A DNA stretch of 64,000 nucleotides from an uncultured Clostridia bacterium (GTDB lineage: Bacteria; Bacillota; Clostridia; TANB77; CAG-508): positions 3,976 to 67,975 of the forward strand of contig CAMMZC010000003.1 of NCBI GenBank assembly GCA_946529215.1. Reading direction: 5' to 3'. Below, one piece after another: positions 19,544-27,427 of this stretch. The stretch's first letter is position 1; every line of letters begins with the position of its first letter. The translations under genes and the position numbers were made by a program. Below the pieces are notes generated by a model. The model did no database searches and was not told the DNA's origin. It worked only from the letters and a program-made list of their open reading frames with translations.

Positions 19544-22500
19544 TTATTCATTTATTTTTCTTATAACTATTTCATCTTTCTCTTTAATAACAAATTCATT
19601 CATTTCTTCTTTATCAATAAATTTATAATAATATTCTCCTAAAGGTAAATTTCTTGCACCTGCTTGGCCATTTTCATTGGTAGTTATTGTTATAATCTCA
19701 TCTTTATTGCTATCAAAAATCCTTATTTTTAAACCTACCTTAGGTTTATTATTTTTATCTTTAACTTGTATTGCAAATCTCCCTTTATAACGCTCTACTT
19801 TTATAACTGGATAAAAAGTTCTATTTTCGTCATCAATAGTAACTCTATATGTTGTTTCATCCATTATATAATTTCCTGTAAGACTAATTAACTTAAATAA
19901 ATACACAAATAAATAGCCATGACGCAAAGTAACATATGCTTTACCATCTCCATCTGTTACTACTTCAGTTAAATAATGTCCTTCTTTATCATAAATATAG
20001 AATGTTCCACCTTGAATTGGGTTACTTGCATCATCAACTAATGTAATAACTAGTTGATTTCTAGGATATATCAATTTAAAATTTGTTACATCTGCACCGT
20101 TAACATATACATATTTTGACATAAGTTCTTTATCCTTGTTATATTTGTCAACTAATGCGATTCTATACATTCCAACAGGAACTTTATAGTAGCTAATTTT
20201 GGCATCAGATCCAACAAATGACTGTCCTAATTTATTATCTGCACTATCATAAAGATTTACTGCATATCCTATAAGTGCATCCTCATTTAAATCAACAAAT
20301 TTTGCTTGAATTTCTCCTAAATAGCCCAGGTTCTTATTTGGAACAAATTCGCTAATATTTTGCTTTTTAACATTTAAAGCTTTAGATGTTTCTTCATCTG
20401 TCAATTCTTTGGCTATTTTAATTAATTCATTTGAAGCAAGATTTTCTGAAATTTCAATTCCAATATCTTTTAAAATTTTTTTTCTTAATTCTATAGCATC
20501 TTTCAATTGTTTTGCTTTAATCATTTCTTGTAAGATTTTGAATTGAAATAACTCATAATCTCCGACATTGTATTTTTCAAACTTTATTTTCTTAAATATT
20601 GCTTGATATTCCACACATTTTTCGTAGTTTTTAATTGCGTCCTTTGGTTTATTATTTTTGCTTTCAACTTCAGCTAATTTAGCATATATTTCGCTTAAAA
20701 AATAATCTCGTATAGCTCTACCATAAATATTATTTTCACTTATAAATTCATTATTATTTTTCACATAAGAAATAGCGTTTTTATATGCACTTGTTGCTTT
20801 TTTAAAATTAGTTTCCTTTAAACTATTTTCAGCTACTTCGTAATATTTAGTTTTCAAATCTTCTATTAATTCGTTATATTTTTCTGTTTGTTTTTTGTAG
20901 TTTTCTATTGCTTGATTTTTTTTATTTATTAAATTTTCAATTTCTTTTTTTGAACTTGTATTGTCTGGTAAAATCACAACTTTATTATTAATAACATCTA
21001 TTTCATCATCATAAAGCAAAATTAAATTTTTATACAAACCATATGTCTTATATATTTCTTCTAATTTATTAAAAGAATCAAACATAACCAAATTATAAAA
21101 TATAGGTTTTTCAAAAAGATTCTCTTTAACATAACATAGAATTTCATTATAAATACCAACAATTTCACTATAATCTTTTTCTACAAAACCAATTTTGTTG
21201 AATTTGTAATTAGCATACTTATAATAAAGGTCTATCTTGATTTCTTGTAAATCATCAAATTTTATAGAAAATTGATGATATTTAAACCATGATTTAATTG
21301 CCTTAAAATAATTATCTACAATTTTATTAAATAAACCAATATTTGTAAAATACTTAAATATTCCATATGAACTTCTAATAATAGAATATACAGCCACATC
21401 ATTTTGATTATATTTATTATTGTTTAAAGTTTTGATTATATCCGAATATATAAATATTGCTTTGTTTAAATTCTTTTTTCCCTCTTTTGTTTTTTCATCA
21501 TCAAAAAATTTTTCAGCTTCACTACAAAGTAAGTCAGCTTTAGCTAAATCTATTTCGGATTTAATAACTGTTAAATCTCTATGATTTTCAATATTTAATT
21601 CTATCTCATAAATATTATATAAAGATTTAATAGTATTTTTTGCTTTTTCAAAGTCACCACTTAATTCATAAAACTTTGATAGCTTTATTGCTAAATTCAT
21701 TGAGTAATCTATATGATTATATTCAGCCCAATCTAAATATTTTTGTATTAATTCTGCAGCTTTGCAATAATCTTCTTGTTTATTACAAAATTCTGCAAAT
21801 ATTAAAAAGGTATCTCTTTGTAAATTGTTATCTTCTTCGACTTTTATTGCTCTTTCATATGAGGCATAGATTTCTTTAACTCTATCTGGATTATTAATAT
21901 CTAAATTATATGTTTCAGCTCTTGATATTAATTCTTGTACAAATTCAGATAATTTCTTTCTTCCACTCTCCTGCTCTACTTCTATATGTACAATATCATC
22001 ATTAATTTCTTCAATATTAAGTATTTCTTTAGCAGATTCTAAGTCACCTCTTTCTAAGCATTTATACGCAGCAATTTGTTTCTTTGTAAGATTATTTTTC
22101 CCCGCTTCTTTAGAAAACTTTTTACTAAAATCAAATATTTGATTTTCTAAATTTTGAATATCTCTTTTATATTTATAATATTTCTCTGTAATTTCATCTA
22201 ATTTATTTGCTTCTTCTTTTGTATATTTTGTTTTATCAGATGATTTTAATTCCAAATATTCATCTTCAATTTTTTCAAATTTTTCTTTTAATTCAATTAA
22301 CTGCTCATTCTTAAAAAACATCGGAATTTTATCTAATACTAATATTTCCTCGCCATCTATACAAATGCTTCCATCAATTATTTCAATTGTTACATTTGAT
22401 GTTTTCATGTCATCGATTTTATTATTAATTTCATATTTAATACGATAAATATCAATATATTCACCATAGTAATGTTGCAAATTATCTCCAACATATTTAA

Positions 22501-23341
22501 TAAACTCATCTGCTTTTTTAGTTCTCTCTTTTACATCTTTTCTAACAAATGGTCTTAAATCAAGACTCTCATTTTCAATAAAATATTTATATGCATTATC
22601 AAAGTCTTTATATATTTTTTCGTCAATGTCTTTACCAACTATTAAAAATAATCCTGAACAATCTTTCAGTTGTTTTTCTGTTAGAGAAGTTATATCTTCA
22701 TTAGTAATAAAATTAAAATATACACGATGCTTTTTATATTTATCATTTATGTTCCTAATAAAATTACTAATTGCATATTTATCATTTTCTATATCTTTAT
22801 TTCCTTCAAGAAAAATAAAGTTATATTTTTTTAATTCTTCTTTTTCTAAATCTTCTTCATCAATTTTTTCAATACTATTATTTATTATTTCTTTAACCTT
22901 ATTATATAATTCTTCTTCTTCATCATATTCTTTTATTTTATTTTTAAATCCACCATTTAATACATCATTACCAAGTTTTTCTCTAAATTTAGCTACTGAA
23001 TCATCAGCATCACATTTTTTAAAGAATATAAACCTTCTTATACCTTTAACTTCTTTAGATACATCATATTCTTCAACAGTATATTCTCCTGCTCTTTTCC
23101 CAATTAGCAATATCATAACATCAGATTCTCTTAATTTTTGATTATATTGCTCTTGTTTTCTGCCTTTTACCATAGAATTATCTTCAAATTCACATTCAAA
23201 CAAATTAATCCTAATACCTTTTTCTAATAAGTCATCTTGCATTCTTCTTACTAAGTCGCCAATTTTATTTCTTTCAGTTTCAAATTCATTAATAGAAGAA
23301 GCTAAAAATATTTTTATTTCATTTTTATTATAACTTGGCAT
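19544..23341 (-). CDS. Large cytoplasmic multi-domain protein: two DUF4062/TIR-like modules + coiled-coil/TPR + C-terminal Cna-B/carboxypeptidase-regulatory-like beta-sandwich repeats
   Basis: The N-terminus IKIFLASSINEFETERNKIGDL...SDVMILLIGKRAGE fits the DUF4062 pattern. A second similar module follows (YNFIFLEGNKD...CSGLFLIVGKDIDE). The middle has TPR-like helical repeats. The C-terminal about 250 aa has repeats like TLVDDASNPIQGGTFYIYDKEGHY and GLKIRIFDSNKDE. No signal peptide. Likely start is ATG at 23341 (RBS GAGGA); the ORF-track start at 23356 is GTG. Confidence 0.6.
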   Translation of the reverse strand: MPSYNKNEIKIFLASSINEFETERNKIGDLVRRMQDDLLEKGIRINLFECEFEDNSMVKGRKQEQYNQKLRESDVMILLIGKRAGEYTVEEYDVSKEVKGIRRFIFFKKCDADDSVAKFREKLGNDVLNGGFKNKIKEYDEEEELYNKVKEIINNSIEKIDEEDLEKEELKKYNFIFLEGNKDIENDKYAISNFIRNINDKYKKHRVYFNFITNEDITSLTEKQLKDCSGLFLIVGKDIDEKIYKDFDNAYKYFIENESLDLRPFVRKDVKERTKKADEFIKYVGDNLQHYYGEYIDIYRIKYEINNKIDDMKTSNVTIEIIDGSICIDGEEILVLDKIPMFFKNEQLIELKEKFEKIEDEYLELKSSDKTKYTKEEANKLDEITEKYYKYKRDIQNLENQIFDFSKKFSKEAGKNNLTKKQIAAYKCLERGDLESAKEILNIEEINDDIVHIEVEQESGRKKLSEFVQELISRAETYNLDINNPDRVKEIYASYERAIKVEEDNNLQRDTFLIFAEFCNKQEDYCKAAELIQKYLDWAEYNHIDYSMNLAIKLSKFYELSGDFEKAKNTIKSLYNIYEIELNIENHRDLTVIKSEIDLAKADLLCSEAEKFFDDEKTKEGKKNLNKAIFIYSDIIKTLNNNKYNQNDVAVYSIIRSSYGIFKYFTNIGLFNKIVDNYFKAIKSWFKYHQFSIKFDDLQEIKIDLYYKYANYKFNKIGFVEKDYSEIVGIYNEILCYVKENLFEKPIFYNLVMFDSFNKLEEIYKTYGLYKNLILLYDDEIDVINNKVVILPDNTSSKKEIENLINKKNQAIENYKKQTEKYNELIEDLKTKYYEVAENSLKETNFKKATSAYKNAISYVKNNNEFISENNIYGRAIRDYFLSEIYAKLAEVESKNNKPKDAIKNYEKCVEYQAIFKKIKFEKYNVGDYELFQFKILQEMIKAKQLKDAIELRKKILKDIGIEISENLASNELIKIAKELTDEETSKALNVKKQNISEFVPNKNLGYLGEIQAKFVDLNEDALIGYAVNLYDSADNKLGQSFVGSDAKISYYKVPVGMYRIALVDKYNKDKELMSKYVYVNGADVTNFKLIYPRNQLVITLVDDASNPIQGGTFYIYDKEGHYLTEVVTDGDGKAYVTLRHGYLFVYLFKLISLTGNYIMDETTYRVTIDDENRTFYPVIKVERYKGRFAIQVKDKNNKPKVGLKIRIFDSNKDEIITITTNENGQAGARNLPLGEYYYKFIDKEEMNEFVIKEKDEIVIRKINE

Positions 23342-23383
23342 TCTTATTTTCCTCACTTATCTTATTACTTTTTATATATTACC

Positions 23384-25288
23384 CTATTCTGTAAAATCAT
23401 TTAACATCATTTTTACTATATCGTAATCACTTGATTTTAAATCTTTATTAATTCCCATACTTTGTAATTGATAAGAAACATTATCTAATTCTTCAAAAGG
23501 CACAAGAGCTGGGTGTCTTCTTCCTAAATAATCTCTGTGATCATTTAATATAGGATAATATCTTCTTACATCATCAATATTGGCTTTTATATACCCTATT
23601 GTTCTCATGTAGGCATTCCATCTATCATGTTCATTTTTTGCAAGCATTTCTTTTAATTCTTCTGTATAAATTTCTCTAAACATTTTCAAATTTTCTTTTA
23701 GATTTTTAGAATATTTTTCTCCTAATACAGAATACAATTTATATTTTACATGAAGTGCACTTGCTCTTGATGAACGTTTATTATATTCATTTAAATAATA
23801 ATCTGCAGAACTTCCACGATATGCTTTATGTATTTTTTCTCCAATTTTCTCAATTTCAGAATCAACTATTTTATTATCAAAATACATATCTTTTACACTG
23901 CCAAAAGCATTTATATCATATGTTGTTTCTTTTTCATTAATAAGCTTGTTTACTTGTTCTTTTTTATATTCATTTTGAATCCAAATATTTATTATTGGCT
24001 TTCTCTCATAATTTCTAATAAATAATCTTCTTAAATCTATTGCTGTATCTAAATTTTTACTATCTGTCTCCATTGATACTAATATATAATTTATGTCATT
24101 TACCTGTTCTATAGCCTCTATTGCTTTTGGAGATTTTATATCTGCATTAACAAATGTAATATCATAATTATTTAAAATGTCAGGTGTTTCAATTTCAAAA
24201 TTTTTCTTAATTTCGTCTGCTTTTATATCAATTACTAATGCTTTAAATCTATAACCTATCATCATTCCACACCATAAAGCATCTTTTAAAAATTCTTTTC
24301 CTACTTGTCCACAACCAACAATAAGCAATGATATAACATTATCAATTGCTCCTTCATAAATTGGCTTTTTATCTAATAAATTGAAAATTGCTCTTTCTTT
24401 TTCATTTACAATTTCTACATTAACAAACTCTTTATCAGATAAATCTAATTTTATAAGTTCTTGTTCGATTTTATCTTCAACTTCTGCATCTACAACATCT
24501 TTATCTGATAATCCTAATTTTGTCAGTATTTTTTTTCTTTCTTCTAATTTTATTTTATTAATAATATCTCTATTTGCCGAGTCTAAAACTATTGGCGCTT
24601 CTTCAGTATTGTTTATAACATATACTTTAATCTTTTGGTTTTTGTATTTTTCCATAATTTCTAACGCATCATTAAGATTTTGTTCTTCATTTTCAGAAAT
24701 CATATATATAGTTATATTATTATCATAATTATTTAAATTAATTTCGCTCATTTTTTCGGAAAGCTTTATAGATTTAAAAGAATCTGTTTTACCATTTCTT
24801 TTATATTCTACATTAGTAAATATAACTGCATTATTATTGTTCACATAACCTTCTGCAATCATAACAGATTTCTCATTCATTTCTGAAAAAAAGTATAAAT
24901 TTTTATTTTTTAATCTCTTAATTTTAATACCTTTAAATAAATCGTTTAAAATAGCAATTAAAGTACTTACAGTAAAAAAAGGCAAAGCAATTAAAAAGAT
25001 ATTTATCCAAATAAAATATCCAATTCCAAAAGCACTATGTGTATTAATTTTTGATAAAACATCTATATCTTCGTTTAGTGTTATACTTTTTAATGCATAA
25101 TAAAATGTATTAGTTACTTTGATGGCGATATTACTATAATCTAAAAGTGGAAACACCAAAATTCCCAAACAAATAAGTCCTATTCCCATTATTATAAAAA
25201 ATCTATATTTAGTGTCTATTTTGTAATTTTTTAATAATACAAATCCAATTATTGTTACCACAATACTTAAACTAAAAGTTATTACCAT
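23384..25288 (-). CDS. Membrane protein with 2-3 N-terminal TM helices, Rossmann (TrkA_N/RCK-like) domain and C-terminal RyR domain
   Basis: 634 aa. N-terminal hydrophobic helices. VGCGQVGKEF is a GxGxxG motif. C-terminal ...HDRWNAYMRTIGY...RRHPALVPFEELD resembles the RyR (PF02026) pattern. The start codon abuts the stop of the upstream RyR gene. Confidence 0.55.
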   Translation of the reverse strand: MVITFSLSIVVTIIGFVLLKNYKIDTKYRFFIIMGIGLICLGILVFPLLDYSNIAIKVTNTFYYALKSITLNEDIDVLSKINTHSAFGIGYFIWINIFLIALPFFTVSTLIAILNDLFKGIKIKRLKNKNLYFFSEMNEKSVMIAEGYVNNNNAVIFTNVEYKRNGKTDSFKSIKLSEKMSEINLNNYDNNITIYMISENEEQNLNDALEIMEKYKNQKIKVYVINNTEEAPIVLDSANRDIINKIKLEERKKILTKLGLSDKDVVDAEVEDKIEQELIKLDLSDKEFVNVEIVNEKERAIFNLLDKKPIYEGAIDNVISLLIVGCGQVGKEFLKDALWCGMMIGYRFKALVIDIKADEIKKNFEIETPDILNNYDITFVNADIKSPKAIEAIEQVNDINYILVSMETDSKNLDTAIDLRRLFIRNYERKPIINIWIQNEYKKEQVNKLINEKETTYDINAFGSVKDMYFDNKIVDSEIEKIGEKIHKAYRGSSADYYLNEYNKRSSRASALHVKYKLYSVLGEKYSKNLKENLKMFREIYTEELKEMLAKNEHDRWNAYMRTIGYIKANIDDVRRYYPILNDHRDYLGRRHPALVPFEELDNVSYQLQSMGINKDLKSSDYDIVKMMLNDFTE

Positions 25289-25579
25289 TTATAGTTCCTC
25301 CTTAATTATTTTAAATCCAAGTTTTTGTATTAATTTCAATGTTTCAATAGCTGTATTTCTATCATATTCTTTTTCGCTTTCTGGCAAACTTTCATAAGAT
25401 ACTAAACAAGGTGTAGTTTTCAATTTATCATCTCGTACTATTCCATATTTCCAACCTTCATTTATTCTTCCTATAGCCCATACTTCATGTGTATTCTTAG
25501 CTAGTTTCTCCGCTAGTTTTAAAATTTCCTCACTTAAAATAACATCCTTTGTATCTACAGGTTTTGGTTGATAGTTCAT
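25289..25579 (-). CDS. RyR (ryanodine-receptor repeat) domain protein
   Basis: 96 aa. LAKNTHEVWAIGRINEGWKYGIVRDDKLKTTPCLVSYESLPESEKEYDRNTAIETLKLI matches the RyR-domain consensus (W...GW.YG..RD......P.LVPYE.L.E.EKE.DR). Confidence 0.7.
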   Translation of the reverse strand: MNYQPKPVDTKDVILSEEILKLAEKLAKNTHEVWAIGRINEGWKYGIVRDDKLKTTPCLVSYESLPESEKEYDRNTAIETLKLIQKLGFKIIKEEL

Positions 25580-25904
25580 ATTTTTCCTCCTTTTTTAACT
25601 TTCTTCATAAAACTTAAATTCTTCTTCATATGTGTGTAAAAAAAATTATATATGTAAGTGGATTTAAAAGTAATTCTTCATCGTCTGTTACATCTTCATC
25701 ATATTTTTGTCTATTATATCATAAAATTTCATATTTGTCTTGTTTTAAAGTCAAAAAATAAGTTTTTTATCTTATACTTTCACAAACTCTCTCACAACTA
25801 TTTGGCTAAAAAAAGGGCAAAATGTTTACATTCACACACCATTTATAAAAAATATATTGATATTTCAGTAAATTTTGGGTTATTTGTCTTGTCCTCATCA
25901 ACCA

Positions 25905-25948
25905 AATAAAAGCCCTGAAAATATTAATTTTTCAAGGCTTATTTTTTT
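25905..25948. terminator. Bidirectional terminator hairpin overlapping stop of DUF1189-like gene
   Basis: agccctgaaaa-tattaatt-ttttcaaggct followed by T7 on the plus strand and a U-rich stretch on the minus strand. Confidence 0.5.
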
Positions 25949-26819
25949 CATTTCTTTTTTGTTTCCACAAGATTAAATACAAATAAACAAATATTATTCC
26001 AATACTTATTATATCCATAATAGAAATTCTAAATTTTGTAAAATAACTCATTATCATATATGTAACAAAAACTATCATAGACAAGGTAGAAGCGTAAATT
26101 GTATTCATTAATGATTCTTTATAAGTCCATTTGCTTTTTAAGATTTTAGTAACAAGCCACAAACCTACAGAAATTAATGAAATATATATAACATACATCA
26201 GAGCTATACTTCCGAAATATACAACAAAATATTGTGCTATATAATATGAAAATGAAGTTCTTTTTCTTAAATATTCTAAAACATCTTTTTTGCCATATTC
26301 ATAGTTTAAATCTTTTATAAAATTTGAAGAAATCTCAGAATATTTTTGTGATACAAGTCCTTCTTCATTTTTGTTTTCATGATTGTATTTATTTGAGATT
26401 AAAACATATTCTTCTTTTAGAAATATAATAACATTATTCCTATCTGTTGCTAGATCTTTATATTGTTCTATCGCTTCTTGTTTTTCAAGAAGCGGATTTA
26501 TAACAATTACATTCCTAAAAAATTCAATTATTTTTTCATCATCTAATATAGTTGCCTCTTCGTTTTCAAGTGATAAAATATTTTCTTTAAATTTAATTTC
26601 AGGTAATTTTTCATCTAAATAATTAATTGAATTTTTTACAACATCTAATTGTAAAAAAGTTGCGATTATAGCTACAATTAAAGCTAATATACATACTACA
26701 TAGAAGAAATACTTTATTGCCTTGCTAATACCTTGTTTTCTGAGTTCCTTATATTTGCTTGGTTTTGCAATTGAATACCATATTTTCTTAAAAAAATTTA
26801 TTTTTATATTTTCTTCCAA
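25932..26819 (-). CDS. DUF1189-like membrane protein
   Basis: 295 aa. N-terminus FFKKIWYSIAKPSKYKELRKQGISKAIKYFFYVV plus multiple TM helices resembles the DUF1189 family. Confidence 0.45.
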   Translation of the reverse strand: MEENIKINFFKKIWYSIAKPSKYKELRKQGISKAIKYFFYVVCILALIVAIIATFLQLDVVKNSINYLDEKLPEIKFKENILSLENEEATILDDEKIIEFFRNVIVINPLLEKQEAIEQYKDLATDRNNVIIFLKEEYVLISNKYNHENKNEEGLVSQKYSEISSNFIKDLNYEYGKKDVLEYLRKRTSFSYYIAQYFVVYFGSIALMYVIYISLISVGLWLVTKILKSKWTYKESLMNTIYASTLSMIVFVTYMIMSYFTKFRISIMDIISIGIIFVYLYLILWKQKRNEKNKP

Positions 26820-26984
26820 ATCAGATCATTCCTCTCTTAAATACTTATAGTTGTTTAATTCTTCTTTTCTTAAACTAAATCATTATTTTAAATACACATA
26901 TATAATAGCACTTGAATAAAAAAAATGCAATCAAAACTTTAAAAATAAAAAGATTTTTATGTAATCAAATTTTTAAGCGCAAAA

Positions 26985-27195
26985 AATCCCCGCTGTAGCC
27001 GTAACTTGTGCCAAAATTTTTAACAACCTGCTCTCACAAACAGGTGGGTGCCTACCTAAATACTCATGGGCTTCTTACTACTATTATATTGCAAAAAGTG
27101 TAAGCTTGCACGCCATATTCAGAGTTCAGCCCCTCTTTAAACTTGTAGGTTCTAAAAATTCTGCAATACGCACTATGCAGGGGTTTTGTTTAATT
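26985..27195 (+). ncRNA. Candidate structured small RNA of unknown class (6S-like or other)
   Basis: About 210-bp non-coding segment with clearly higher GC than its flanks, lying between two minus-strand genes. The 5' end CCCCGCTGTAG can pair with the 3' end CTATGCAGGGG, followed by TTTT. Internal hairpins include GGTGGG-TG-CCTACC and CCTAC...GTAGG. GU pairs favour the plus strand. Confidence 0.3.
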
Positions 27196-27427
27196 ATTTT
27201 ATTGTTATATTTATATTATCATATAATAGCATTTTTTTCAAATAATTTAAGGTGCTAAATTGCTTTATTAATGTTTTTTATTATGGATTAATCTTATTCT
27301 TATTAATTTATTCTCTTTTAATCTTCATTTTTTGCCACTTTATATTTTTAATTTTTCACTAGTATTATAGCTAAGAATCTTTTATTTTGCTTGAGTTGAA
27401 AATTAAAGCATTATATGAAAATATATC

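Noticed and set aside
22626-23141. 171-aa plus-strand ORF (serine/leucine-rich) inside the 1270-aa gene
   Set aside because: It is antisense to the large CDS. Its low-complexity sequence is a mirror artefact of the lysine/glutamate-rich coding strand.
26985-27195. Considered tmRNA, RNase P RNA, SRP RNA, T-box or a common riboswitch for the GC-rich element
   Set aside because: No tRNA-like T-arm (GGTTCGAATCC). No GGAAAGTCCGG RNase P motif. No SRP domain IV (GAAGGAAGCAGCC). No T-box AGGGTGGNACCGCG. No TPP/SAM/FMN cores were found. It is left as an unclassified candidate.
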